64,000 nt of DNA from Eledone cirrhosa. Lineage: Eukaryota. The stretch lies in NCBI GenBank assembly GCA_964016885.1, contig OZ024764.1:1178001-1242000 (forward strand), in the 5' to 3' direction. Below are positions 1 to 13,531 of the stretch, in pieces. The stretch's first letter is position 1. Every line of letters begins with the position of its first letter. The position numbers and the translations under genes were made by a program. The notes under the pieces are model-generated. The model was given only the letters and a program-made list of their open reading frames with translations, was not told the DNA's origin and searched no databases.

Positions 1-1262
1 AAAATACATCTTATATATTTCACTCTCTCACACTGCTTATATATTGCACAATAGGGTCTCTTACATGTGTTTCTATGCAATTAAGTAATAGCCTATGATA
101 GCTAAAATACATCTTATATATTTCACTCTCTCACACTGCTTATATATTGCACAATAGGGTCTCTTACATGTGTTTCTATGCAATTAAGTAATAGCCTATG
201 ATAGCTAAAATATATCTTATATATTTCACTCTTCCACACTGCTTATTTACATTAGCATAACATATCGAATCTTTATTGGTATATTACAATTGTTTCAATA
301 TCGATCATGACCGACCCTGACTCTATATCCACATCTCATCAGATATATATATATAAAACACAGAGATGCTATGAAGGAACTTATGAAATGGGGTGAAGTC
401 TCTTAAAAGATGGAAAAAGATGAATAAGGTATAAGGAAACCCTAGGTCCCTTTCACATGTTTCTATGCAATTATGTAATAGCCTATGAAAGCTAAAATAT
501 ATCTTATATATTTCACTCTTCCACACTGCTTATTTATTACATTATAGTGACTTTTACATGTGTTTATATGCAATTATGCCGTAGCCTATGAAAGCTAAAA
601 TATATCTTATATATTTCACTCTCTCACACTGCTTATTTATTACACAATAGGGACTCTTACATGTGTTTCTACGCAATTATGTATTAGCCTATGATAGCTA
701 AAATATATCTTATATATTTCACTCTCTCACACTGCTTATTTATTACACAATAGGGTCTCTTACATGTGTTTCTACGCAATTATGTATTAGCCTATGATAG
801 CTAAAATATATCTTATATATTTCACTCTCTCACACTGCTTATATATTGCACAATAGGGTCTCTTACATGTGTTTCTACGCAATTATGTATTAGCCTATGA
901 TAGCTAAAATATATCTTATATATTTCACTCTCTCACACTGCTTATTTATTACACAATAGGGACTCTTACATGTGTTTCTACGCAATTATGTAATAGCCTA
1001 TGAAAGCTAAAATATATCTTATATATTTCACTCTCTCACACTGCTTATTTATTACATTATAGTGACTTTTACATGTGTTTATATGCAATTATGCCATAGC
1101 CTATGAAAGCTAAAATATATCTTATATATTTCACTCTCTCACACTGCTTATTTATTACACAATAGGGACTCTTACATGTGTTTCTACGCAATTATGTATT
1201 AGCCTATGATAGCTAAAATATATCTTATATATTTCACTCTCTCACACTGCTTTTTTACATTA
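1..1262. repeat. 103-bp tandem repeat (about 10 units, interrupted at about 250-450); dispersed related copies continue to about 2090
   Basis: The unit aaaata(c/t)atcttatatatttcactctctcacactgctt...gcctatgatagct recurs at 1, 104, 207 and then about every 103 bp to about 1260. Further copies lie near 1350, 1650 and 1945. Confidence 0.9.
280..347 (-). ncRNA. Minimal type-I hammerhead ribozyme motif (AAUU loop 3, GUA site)
   Basis: Minus strand reads UAUAU-CUGAUGA-[GAUGU g GAU...AUC g AUAUU]-GAAAC-AAUU-GUA/AUAUA, followed by AAUAAA. The core is canonical and loop 3 is palindromic. Confidence 0.7.
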
Positions 1263-2243
1263 GCACGTCATATATCTTTAGAATATGAAATCAAAATAGG
1301 GTGCAAGGCAGACGACAAGAAAGATTTATTGCCCAATAGGTTCTCTTCCATATGTTTCTATGCAATTATGTAATAGCCTACAAAAGCTGTAATATATGTT
1401 ATATATTTCACTCTCCAGCACTGCTTATTTACATTAACATATCATATCATATCTTTATTGGTATACTACAAATGTTTCAATATCAATCAGCTCAGGTTAC
1501 AATCATAATGGGTATAATAATTATATATATATATAATGGTTAAAGTGTTTAGCTGGTATCTGAGAGATGTGGGGTTCGATTCCTCAAATGTATAAAGTGA
1601 ATAGGGTATGAAGAAAATCTAGGCAAAGTCTGTTGAAATTCCAAGAAAGATTTATTACACAATAGGGTCTCTTACACGTGTTTCTATGCAATTATGTAAT
1701 GGCCTATGAAAGCTAAAATATATCTTATATATTATATTTCACTCTCCCACACTGCTTTTTTACATTAGCATTTCATCCTGTATCTTTACTGCCCTGTTAC
1801 AATCATTTCCATGCCGATCAGCTCAGATATATTTATATATATATAAAATACAGAGATGCTATGAAAGAACTTATGAAATGGAGTGAAGCCCCTTAAAAGA
1901 CGGAAAAATATGAAAAAGGTATAAGAAAAAGCTAGGTCCCTTACACATTTCTATGCAATTGTGTAATAGCCTATGATAGCTAAAATATATCTTATATATT
2001 TCACTCTCTCACACTGCTTTTTTACATTAGCATGTCATATTGTATCTTTATCGGCACACTCCAATTGTTGCAATATCAATCAGCTCAAGGTTTAATTATA
2101 ATGGTGTGATCAAGCACAGAGATGCTATATAGGTAACCCTTAAAACAGAGTGAAAACCCTTAAAAGATGGAAAAAGTAATTTGCATTGGTTGCTAAGAAG
2201 AATCAAACCTTACATCTCTCAGATTCTGGGTTGGGACTTTACC

Positions 2244-3251
<1,008 letters not shown>

Positions 3252-3383
3252 AATATATGAATGTATGTACAGATGTGAATGTATGTATATACAGATGTGA
3301 ATGTATGTATATACAGATCTGAATGTATGTATATACTCAAAGTCTTTGACATAACATGTAACAATGAAACAATTAGATTACCG

Positions 3384-4643
3384 TTAATACATGGTGTCCC
3401 AGGGGACCACTTGGCTGTCTCTTCGCCTGTACACGTCCTCAATTGGTTTCTGTACGCCCATTCTCATGTAGTCAATGCCAGAAGACTTCGTGTGGTAGGG
3501 TGCAAATGTCTTTTCGTTGGTTGTCCAACCACCACCACCACCACCGCCACCTCCATTCCTTTTCGTGATTGAATCTTTGCCGTGCGGGTCCAAATCAAAG
3601 AGCTCCTGTAGAAATGTCCAATGACCAGGTTTTCGTCCCTTAGCCGTAGAATTACCCTTAAAAACGCTTGATTCCATTATTTCCATTTGAGAGTTCAAGT
3701 TCTTTTCCTTTGTGCCAACATATAAGGGATCGCTGTGTAAATAGTCAGGTTTATATCGTATAGACTTGCCTTGGAAATAGCCGTCATGTGATTTCTGCAT
3801 GAGGTCGTTTCGTAATAAAATATATTCCTCGTTTTCGTTGTCCGACAGCTTGCTCGCTTTCAAGATGTCTATATCGAAACTATCCTCGCTTTTCGGATGT
3901 ATTTTCTTCACTTTCTCATCGTTACGTGAAATAGCTTTAAGATATTTCATCCCTTCCATGTTGTTTATATTTTCTAAAGTCTGTTCATCCAACATGTCGT
4001 TGTTTTTCAGGCATTTCTTGACATTGGAGATTTCTGAAAATATCATATGTAGCTCTTCCCGTATCGTTTCCATATAGTTCTGCGTGTCGGATTGGTACCT
4101 CGCGAAGTCTCCCATAGTTATCAGGGATCCGGATGTGTACACCTCGTCAGACTTTTCGCTGTCACTTTTTTGCCAGCTGTTCTCTGACCCATACGAGCTC
4201 CTCAGCACACTTCTCACCCTTCCGGAAGGTTCGCTCTTAATAACTAACTTGTCCGACATAAAGCATACATTCCATAATTCTTTCATTGTATTCTGAATCA
4301 AGAAGCTGTCCTTTAGAGTGTTACAACGTAGCAAAACCACAGCAAATTTACCATCAATGTCTTCATCGATGATGCACAGGAGATGTTCTGGCTTCGACTT
4401 CTTAGACGCAATTGAGTAAATCTTGTACAATGGGATTCCATTTTCCAAGCCTGTACTGTAATTCCCAGTTTTCGGGAACACAAACAGCCCCGTTGGAGAC
4501 AACTGCAGTTGACAGATTTTATCGGTAATCCTTTCTTCTTGAATTTGAATCTCCTTCAGGAAAATGTCGTTTAGAGTGACTGAGCGCCATATGCCTATGA
4601 GAAAGACTTGTCTTTCGACAGCAAGAGGATGGTATTCAGGCAT
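3384..4643 (-). CDS. Uncharacterised host protein exon (about 419 aa from first ATG): putative N-terminal PH/PTB-like domain, central coiled coil, Gly run, C-terminal PIEDVY motif
   Basis: A 1.29-kb stop-free, non-repetitive frame with normal amino-acid composition in an otherwise repeat-filled region. First ATG at 4643 (the track start is TTG). A plausible acceptor ttttctgtaacag lies just upstream, so the exon would begin at 4679. The domain call is by eye only. Confidence 0.8.
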   Translation of the reverse strand: MPEYHPLAVERQVFLIGIWRSVTLNDIFLKEIQIQEERITDKICQLQLSPTGLFVFPKTGNYSTGLENGIPLYKIYSIASKKSKPEHLLCIIDEDIDGKFAVVLLRCNTLKDSFLIQNTMKELWNVCFMSDKLVIKSEPSGRVRSVLRSSYGSENSWQKSDSEKSDEVYTSGSLITMGDFARYQSDTQNYMETIREELHMIFSEISNVKKCLKNNDMLDEQTLENINNMEGMKYLKAISRNDEKVKKIHPKSEDSFDIDILKASKLSDNENEEYILLRNDLMQKSHDGYFQGKSIRYKPDYLHSDPLYVGTKEKNLNSQMEIMESSVFKGNSTAKGRKPGHWTFLQELFDLDPHGKDSITKRNGGGGGGGGGWTTNEKTFAPYHTKSSGIDYMRMGVQKPIEDVYRRRDSQVVPWDTMY

Positions 4644-5252
4644 ATTGTAAATATAGCTTTCAGGAAAAATCTTCAAACTCTGTTACAGAAAAATCTCAAA
4701 GTTCTCACTTCTTTGCAAATGGAAACAGCTATGAAGATAAACATGGTTGTAAACCAGCTTATATTTATACATATCTTCTACCCCGGTAAACGTGATTTTC
4801 TCACAAACAAACAAAGGGAACATGACAAAAGAAAATAACTAATGATGTAACCGGTAGAGCGACCAACTAACAACAAAGCCAGACGAACATCGTGTTTCGT
4901 ATTGCACGTGACACTTTCAAGAGCAAAACAATATGAAAAAAAGCCACACAGACAGACAGACAGACAGACTGATAGCTAGAGGTGGGAAGACAGATATTTG
5001 AGGAAACAGGAAATTAGAACCAGTTTGTCAAAGATGTTTATATTAGGATGTTTGTGAAACATAGGTGTTTTTTTCCCAGAAAAGACTAAATTAAGACAAG
5101 ATTGTTGCAATTCATTTGTTGCTAGAAAAGGGGCCTGCTGTATACACACACACATATATATATGTATATATATGTATATACATGTATATGTCTATATATG
5201 TATTTGTACATATATATGTGTATATACATTTATATATATGTGTGTGTGTATG

Positions 5253-5299
<47 letters not shown>

Positions 5300-5353
5300 T
5301 TACATATATATATAAATGTGTATATATATATATATATACACATTTACATATAT

Positions 5354-5565
5354 GGAGGCACATGGCTTAGTGGTTAGAGCATTGGGCTATCATTCCACTG
5401 CAAGGTGGTCGTGGAGGTGCCACGGCATAAAAGCACCCACCACTCACTGTAAATGAGGTTGGTGTTAGGAAGGGCATCCAGCTGTAGAAATCAAGCCAGC
5501 ATCAGTTCCCGTCCCACCCTTGCAAGCAGGGAAAAAGTGGACGTAAAATGAAATGATGATGATGA

Positions 5566-5568
<3 letters not shown>
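5354..5568 (+). mobile_element. tRNA-derived SINE with RTE-type tail, internally deleted
   Basis: A-box ggcttagtggttagagc is fused directly to the 3' part, which ends cccacccttgcaagcagggaaaaagtggacgtaaaat(gat)n. Confidence 0.85.
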
Positions 5569-5622
<54 letters not shown>

Positions 5623-5852
5623 CATATATATATATATATATATATACACATTTACATATATATATAAATGTGTATATATATATATATATGTGTGTGTGTA
5701 TGTATATATGTATTCGAACATATGTATATATACATACATACATATGTATGTATATATATAGTAATAATAATAAATGTGAAGACTAAAATCCAAAGAGGTC
5801 TCGATAAAGATAAATATATATCAAATATATATGAAACCTAGAGCAAATATTT

Positions 5853-5976
5853 ATTAAAATAACAGATTAAAGTTTAAGCAAAGAATCGCTGCTTTCACCC
5901 TTAAAGGGATCTTCAGAAGATCCCGTTAAGAGGGAAAGCAGCGATTCTTGTTTAAACATTAATCTGTTATTTTAAT
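5853..5976. repeat. Imperfect palindrome carrying hammerhead-like core halves (Penelope-type end)
   Basis: Arms attaaaataacagattaa...gggatcttc and gaagatccc...ttaatctgttattttaat. Minus strand CUGAAGA-UCCCUUUAAGGGU-GAAAGCA...UGCUU. Related pieces at about 2641-2695 and about 59800-59870. Confidence 0.75.
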
Positions 5977-6242
5977 TTATATATATATATTTACATATTA
6001 GGATCGGAATTAAGAGCAACACACTTCTATTTGTGTAATATATTTGTATATATTTACATATATATTTTTTGGAAAATCTGCTTCGAAGAATCGAGACGTA
6101 TCCGAGGATCTTGTGATTTCAGAGTCAGGTTCGATCATCACATCTATCGTGCCTCGAGCTGGTCGCCAGAGAAATGATTGTAATATGTCTAATAAATTTT
6201 AATTCGTCGCACCATTGATTCTCCGTTTCTTATGTGATATAT

Positions 6243-9021
6243 AACACGGTAAAAAGCACCCAGTCCACACTGTAAAGTGGTCATGTAGGTGTCACAACAA
6301 ACAACACCCAGTCCACACTGTAAAGTGGTCATGTAGGTGTCACAACAAACAACACCCAGTCCACACTGTAAAGTGGTCATGTAGGTGTCACAACAAACAA
6401 CACCCAGTCCACACTGTAAAGTGGTCATGTAGGTGTCACAACAAACAACACCCAGTCCACACTGTAAAGTGGTCATGTAGGTGTCACAACAAACAGTACC
6501 CAGTCCACACTGTAAAGTGGTTGTGTAGGTGTCACAACGAAAAGTACCCAGTCCACACTGTAAAGTGGTTGTGTAGGTGTCACAACAAAAAGTACCCAGT
6601 CCACGCTGTAAAGTGGTCATGTAGGTGTCACAACAAAAAGCACCCAGTCCACACTGTAAAGTGGTCATGTAGGTGTCACAACAAACAGTACCCAGTCCAC
6701 ACTGTAAAGTGGTTGTGTAGGTGTCACAACAAAAAGTACCCAGTCCACGCTGTAAAGTGGTCATGTAGGTGTCACAACAAAAAGTACCCAGTCCACACTG
6801 TAAAGTGGTCATGTAGGTGTCACAACAAACAGTACCCAGTCCACACTGTAAAGTAGTCATGTAGGTGTCACAACAAAAAGTATCCAGTCCACACTGTAAA
6901 GTGGTTGTATAGGTGTCACAACAAAAAGTACCCAGTCCACACTGTAAAGTGGTTGTGTAGGTCTCACAACAAAATGTACCCAGTCCACACTGTAAAGTGG
7001 TCATGTAGGTGTCACAACAAACAGCACCCAGTCCACACTGTAAAGTGGTTGTGTAGGTCTCACAACAAAAAGTACCCAGTCCACACTGTAAAGTGGTCAT
7101 GTAGGTGTCACAACAAAAAGTATCCAGTCCACACTGTAAAGTGGTCATGTAGGTGTCACAACAAAAAGTACCCAATACACACTGTAAAGTGGTCATGTAG
7201 GTGTCACAACAAAAAGTACCCAGTCCACACTGTAAAGTGGTCATGTAGGTTACATGACAAAAAGTACCCAGTCCACACTGTAAAGTAGTCATGTAAGTGT
7301 CACAACATAAAGTACCCAGTCCACACTGTAAAGTAGTCATGTAAGTGTCACAACAAAAAGTACCCAGTCCACACTGTAAAGTGGTCATGTAGGTGTCAAC
7401 AAAAAGTACCCAGTCCACACTGTAAAGTGGTCATGTAGGTGTCACAACAAAAAGTACCCAGTCCACACTGTAAAGTGGTCATGTAGGTGTCACAACAAAA
7501 AGTACCCAGTCCACACTGTAAAGTGGTCATGTAGGTGTCATGACAAAAAGTACCCAGTCCACACTGTAAAGTGGTCATGTAGGTGTCACAACAAAAAGTA
7601 CCCAGTCCACACTGTAAAGTAGTCATGTAGGTGTCATGACAAAAAGTACCCAGTCCACACTGTAAAGTGGTCATGTAGGTGTCACAACAAAAAGCACCCA
7701 GTCCACACTGTAAAGTGGTCATGTAGGTGTCACAACAAACAGTACCCAGTCCACACTGTAAAGTGGTTGTGTAGGTGTCACAACAAAAAGTACCCAGTCC
7801 ACGCTGTAAAGTGGTCATGTAGGTGTCACAACAAAAAGTACCCAGTCCACACTGTAAAGTGGTCATGTAGGTGTCACAACAAACAGTACCCAGTCCACAC
7901 TGTAAAGTAGTCATGTAGGTGTCACAACAAAAAGTATCCAGTCCACACTGTAAAGTGGTTGTATAGGTGTCACAACAAAAAGTACCCAGTCCACACTGTA
8001 AAGTGGTTGTGTAGGTCTCACAACAAAAAGTACCCAGTCCACACTGTAAAGTGGTCATGTAGGTGTCACAACAAACAGCACCCAGTCCACACTGTAAAGT
8101 GGTTGTGTAGGTCTCACAACAAAAAGTACCCAGTCCACACTGTAAAGTGGTCATGTAGGTGTCACAACAAAAAGTACCCAATACACACTGTAAAGTGGTC
8201 ATGTAGGTGTCACAACAAAAAGTACCCAGTCCACACTGTAAAGTGGTCACGTAGGTGTCACAACAAACAGTACCCAGTCCACGCTGTAAAGTGGTCATGT
8301 AGGTGTCACAACAAAAAGTATCCAGTCCACACTGTAAAGTGGTCATGTAGGTTACATGACAAAAAGTACCCAGTCCACACTGTAAAGTAGTCATGTAAGT
8401 GTCACAACATAAAGTACCCAGTCCACACTGTAAAGTAGTCATGTAAGTGTCACAACAAAAAGTACCCAGTCCACACTGTAAAGTGGTCATGTAGGTGTCA
8501 ACAAAAAGTACCCAGTCCACACTGTAAAGTGGTCATGTAGGTGTCACAACAAAAAGTACCCAGTCCACACTGTAAAGTGGTCATGTAGGTGTCACAACAA
8601 AAAGTACCCAGTCCACACTGTAAAGTGGTCATGTAGGTGTCACAACAAACAACACCCAGTCCACACTGTAAAGTGGTCATGTAGGTGTCACAACAAAAAG
8701 TACCCAGTCCACACTGTAAAGTAGTCATGTAGGTGTCATGACAAAAAGTACCCAGTCCACACTGTAAAGTGGTCATGTAGGTGTCACAACAAAAAGTACC
8801 CAGTACACACTGTAAAGTGGTCATGTAGGTGACACAGTAAAAAGGCTCTCAGTCCATACTGTAAATGAGGTTGATGTTAGGAAGCACATCCAGCTGTAGA
8901 AAACCTGCCAGATAGTGCTATACGAGTGAGACACGGTCACCCGACCAATCTTGCCTCAAGTGGGACAATTCCCGTCTAACCCATGCTAGCGTGGAAGATG
9001 GACGTTAAACAATGATGATGA
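6243..9021 (+). repeat. 48-bp minisatellite (about 54 units) expanded inside an RTE 3'UTR/SINE tail
   Basis: The unit aaaagtacccagtccacactgtaaagtggtcatgtaggtgtcacaaca runs to about 8860. It continues into gtaaatgaggttgatgttaggaag...ccatgctagcgtggaagatggacgttaaac(atg)n, the tail also seen on the RTE LINEs. Confidence 0.92.
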
Positions 9022-9317
9022 TATATATATATATATATTTTAAACGTATTGTACCTCCCTCATTTATTTTGCTTATATATATATATACATATATATATGT
9101 TTGTGTGTATATATATATGTATAACTCTGATACAACACCTGCAACCCTGATGGTATCCAATGATGTTGACTTGTTCTTCTTTTTGGTAAATATCATCTTG
9201 GTTAAGAGAGTGGGACTGACTTTGTGCAGTGCCTTTGCTCACTATAAAAGCTTCACGGCACAGGCATTGCTTTATATCTGGAGATCTCTCTGCACTTGTC
9301 GTCACATGGTACCATGG

Positions 9318-9483
9318 GCCCAGCACTATGTGTCAATAATTGTCACAAGTGTAGTGTTTGTACCAGAGTTTTCAAGTCGCTGGCTGGACTAAAAAGTCAC
9401 ACTCGTTCAGCGCATCGGTAGGGGTTCTCCTACATGGATATAAAGTAGTGGCCGTACTCGAAAACGAGTTGGCAGCCACCACC
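9318..9483 (+). mobile_element. RTE-clade LINE extreme 3' fragment with C-terminal C2H2 finger
   Basis: One frame reads HKCSVCTRVFKSLAGLKSHTRSAHR*, followed by a short UTR ending (cca)n. Confidence 0.55.
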
Positions 9484-9498
9484 ATATATGTGTGTGTG

Positions 9499-9533
<35 letters not shown>

Positions 9534-10091
9534 GTATATCCCACCACTATATCATATAAGTTTTGTTTCCTTCATAATATCCAGTGTGTGTGTGTGTAAG
9601 TGTGTGTGTGTAAGTGTGTGCATGTATGTATGTGTGTGTGTTGATGTGTGGGTTTCACATGTAAACACATTTTAACAATATTAAAAAAAAATAACAATAA
9701 AATTAAAAGAAAGAAGGTTCCTCAATAAGGAGGAGACGTATGAGGGTCCCTCATGGAAAAAAAACCCATAAAACCACAGAAGCTCTGATCGTTAGGGCAA
9801 ATGCCCTATCCCAGTTGTACTCCTACAATCTACAGGCTGACACTCAGAGCGGGCCCTTTCACTGGGGCCATTCTCACTTCTCCCACCCACCTTTCAACAA
9901 ATTACTTTGAAGGCAACACTTCTCTCTCTACCCCTATTTTCCTCCCTCCTCAAGTGGAATCTGAAGAAGTTAATCAGGGCTTCTCCAAAGAGCAAAAGGC
10001 TCGTCTTCAAACCTTTCAAGCGTGTCTACCATACAACCTCTTTCACCATGGCCACAAGACATATAAAAACAGCCCGCCCTTCTTCACTAAA

Positions 10092-10613
10092 TAATTTTTT
10101 CTACTTTTGGCACAAGGCCGGCAATTACCCCCAGTGTATTACTGGTACTTTATTTTATCGACCCTGTAAGGATGAAAGGCAAAGTTAACCTCGGCGAGAT
10201 TTGAACTCAGACCGTAAAGGGCCATAACTCTATGCTGCAAAGCATGGCACCCGACCCTCTACCGGTACTGCCAATCCACCACCTTTCTTCACTATATAAT
10301 TGTTTCTACTTTTGGCACAAGGCCGGCAATTAACCAGTGTATTACTGGTACTTTATTTTATCAACACCAGTGCATTACTGGTACTTTATTTTATCAACCC
10401 CAGTGCATTACTGGTACTTTATTTTATCAACACCAGTGCATTACTGGTACTTTATTTTATCAACCCCAGTGCATTACTGGTACTTTATTTTATCGACCCT
10501 GTATGGATGAAAGGCAAGTTAACCTCGGCGGCATTTCAACTCAGACGATAAAGGGCCGTAACTCTATGCTGCAAAGCATGGCGTCCGACCATCTACTGAT
10601 ACTGCCAATCCAC
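10092..10613 (-). mobile_element. Two adjacent tRNA-SINEs with MetaSINE-like central domain; the second has a 33-bp internal tandem repeat (about 5 copies)
   Basis: Minus strand B-box gagttcaaat plus gcctttcatccttac(a)gggtcgataaaataaagtaccag. Copies at 10092-10283 and 10297-10613. The unit ccagtgcattactggtactttattttatcaac(a/c) repeats at 10334-10497. Confidence 0.8.
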
Positions 10614-10671
10614 TAATAATAATAGATTATACCAGCTATCTTTTCCTTGTTATTACGTGGTAGACATTGTA

Positions 10672-10826
10672 TCATCATCATCATTGTTTAACGTCCATCT
10701 TCCACGCTAGCATGGGTTAGACGGTTTTCTCCCACTTGGCCAGATTAATCGGGTGACCATGTCTCACTCAAACACAACTGTTTCTGGCAGGTTTTCTACG
10801 GCTGGATGCGATGCCCTTCTTGACAC
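10672..10826 (-). mobile_element. RTE/SINE 3' tail fragment
   Basis: (cat)n gtttaacgtccatcttccacgctagcatgggttagacgg... is the reverse complement of the tail at about 8880-9021. Confidence 0.75.
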
Positions 10827-10888
10827 CAAACAAAATAATTTAAAAAATTGTAAATAATAATAATGATAACAACAACAATATTTAATAT

Positions 10889-11072
10889 TAAATAAATATC
10901 TTTAAGTCGTTTGGAAGCCTCGACAATGCAAATGGGTAAATCTCCGGGTAACAAGATCCGGTGGTGGAGAGAGAGATGTAAGTGGGTGTACGTCCACCAC
11001 CGGATCTTGTTACCCGGAGATTTACCCATTTGCATTGTCGAGGCTTCCAAACGACTTAAAGATATTTATTTA
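10889..11072. repeat. Perfect 80-bp inverted repeat with 24-nt spacer
   Basis: 10889-10968 is the reverse complement of 10993-11072. Confidence 0.95.
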
Positions 11073-11286
11073 TTATTCCACAATGCTTCAAGCAAACTTC
11101 AATACTCTCTTAATATTTAATATGATTTGGCATGGATGAATGTGGACTGGATAGTGGGAAATGAAGGATTAGTAAATTTGTTAGTGTTGTCAGAACAACA
11201 AGTGTGAAAAACTAGGTTTGTCAGCATTTAAAAAGCTGCAAGCTACAAGTGTTTGGTATGGAAGAATGGAACATATGACAGTGACA

Positions 11287-13119
11287 AGAGCTATCCTTTG
11301 GTGCCAAATACCCAGGTACACATTGTAGAGCTAGTCTAGGGTACTAAATACCCAGGTACACATTGTAGAGCTAGTCTAGGGTACTAAATACCCAGGTATA
11401 CATTGTAGAGCTAGCCTAGGGTACTAAATACCCAGGTACACATTGTAGAGCTAGCCTAGGGTACTAAATACCCAGATACACACTGTAGAACTAACCTAGG
11501 GTACTAAATACCCAGGTACACGTTGTAGAGCTAGCCTAGGGTACTAAATACCCAGGTTCACACTGTAGAACTAACCTAGAGTACTAAATACCCAGGTATA
11601 CATTGTAGAGCTAGTCTAGGGTACTAAATACCTAGGTACACATTGTAGAGCTAGCCTAGGGTCCTAAATATCCAGTTACACATTGTAGAGCTAGTCTAGG
11701 GTACTAAATACCCAGGTACACATTGTAGAGCTACTCTAGGGTACTAAATACCCAGGTACACATTGTAGAGCTACTCTAGGGTACTAAATACCCAGGTACA
11801 TATTGTAGAGCTAGTCTAGGGTACTAAATACCCAGGTACACATTGTAGAGCTAGCCTAGGGTACTAAATACCCAGGTACACATTGTAGAGCTAGTCTAGG
11901 GTACTAAATACCCAGGTACACACTGTAGAGCTAGTCTAGGGTACTAAATACCCAGGTACACATTGTAGAGCTAGTCTAGGGTACTAAATACCCAGGTACA
12001 CATTGTAGAGCTAACCTAGGGTACTAAATACCCAGGTACACATTGTAGAGCTAGTCTAGGGTACTAAATACCCAGGTACACATTGTAGAGCTAGCCTAGG
12101 GTACTAAATACCCAGGTACACATTGTAGAGTTAGCCTAGGGTACTAAATACCCAGGTACACATTGTAGAGCTAGTCTAGGGTACTAAATACCCAGGTACA
12201 CATTGTAGAGCTAGCCTAGGGTACTAAATACCCAGGTAGACATTGTAGAGCTAGCCTAGGGTACTAAATACCCAGGTACACATTGTAGAGCTAGTCTAGG
12301 GTACTAAATACCCAGGTACACACTGTAGAGCTAGTCTAGGGTACTAAATACCCAGGTACACATTGTAGAGCTAACCTAGGGTACTAAATACCCAGGTGCA
12401 CATTGTAGAGCTAGTCTAGGGTACTAAATACGCAGGTACACACTGTAGAGCTAACCTAGGGTACTAAATACCCAGGGTACACACTGTAGAGCTAGACTAG
12501 GGTACTAAATACCCAGGGTACCCACTGTAGAGCTAACCTAGGGTACTAAATACCCAGGTACACATTGTAGAGCTAGCCTAGGGTACTAAATACCCAGGTA
12601 CACATTGTAGAGCTAGTCTAGGGTACTAAATACCCAGGTACACATTGTAGAGCTAACCTAGGGTACTAAATACCCAGGTACACATTGTAGAGCTAGTCTA
12701 GGGTACTAAATACGCAGGTACACACTGTAGAGCTAACCTAGGGTACTAAATACCCAGGTACACACTGTAGAGCTAGACTAGGGTACTAAATACCCAGGGT
12801 ACCCACTGTAGAGCTAACCTAGGGTACTAAATACCCAGGTACACATTGTAGAGCTAGCCGAGGGTAATAAATACCCAGGTACACACTGTAGAGCTAACCT
12901 AGGGTACTAAATACCCAGTCGTATATTGCAGAACTAGTCTAGATCACTAAATGCCCAGGCAAAAACAGCAGGGCTACCCTAGTATGTTAAATACCCAGGT
13001 ATATATTGTAGAACTAGCCAAGAACACTAAATACCCAGGTACATACTGTGTAACTAACCTAGGGTACTAAATACCCAGGTACATACTGTGTAACTAACCT
13101 AGGGTACCAAATACCCAGG
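11287..13119 (-). repeat. 40-bp minisatellite array (about 45 units), inverted relative to the main array
   Basis: Unit gtactaaatacccaggtacacattgtagagctag(c/t)ctagg. Confidence 0.97.
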
Positions 13120-13531
13120 GGTCTGACTATGAGTCAACCACACAAGTTCTGTCACCATAACAACCAAACAACAGGAAAGACAGACTTCCCTTCCTTGCCA
13201 GAGTTACAATACGGTGGAGAGATGTTCACGTTGGAGTTTGGCCAACAGTTAAATATGTCGTACACGTGAGTGTTACAACAACAACAACAACAACAAGGAC
13301 AACAAAAGAGTGTGGGAATATTTCTTTAACTAACCTTAGACATTTATTTATATGAAGTTTAACACATGTGATTCTATACCCCCCCCCCCTTTCTTATACA
13401 ATGTGTTGGCTGTGTGGATGTTAAAAACCACAGGATTTCAAAAACAGTCACACATATATATATATATATATATATACACTCACACACACACACATGTACA
13501 TATATATAGGTGTGTATATAAGTATGTTGCG

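Noticed and set aside
6189-8824. Cys-rich 16-aa repeat ORFs (409, 374 and 108 aa) as metallothionein- or keratin-associated-like proteins
   Set aside because: The frame is open only because the 48-bp unit is a multiple of 3. The unit derives from a retroposon 3'UTR and is frameshifted at 7396 and 8498.
9955-10015. ctgaagaag as another hammerhead
   Set aside because: No properly placed GAAA...NUH or stem I partner was found. The candidates near 6170 and 63495 fail in the same way.
10796-11120. Mirror-image ORF pairs (also 54945-55175 and 55461-55691) as duplicated genes
   Set aside because: They are by-products of palindromic DNA; short and without recognisable motifs.
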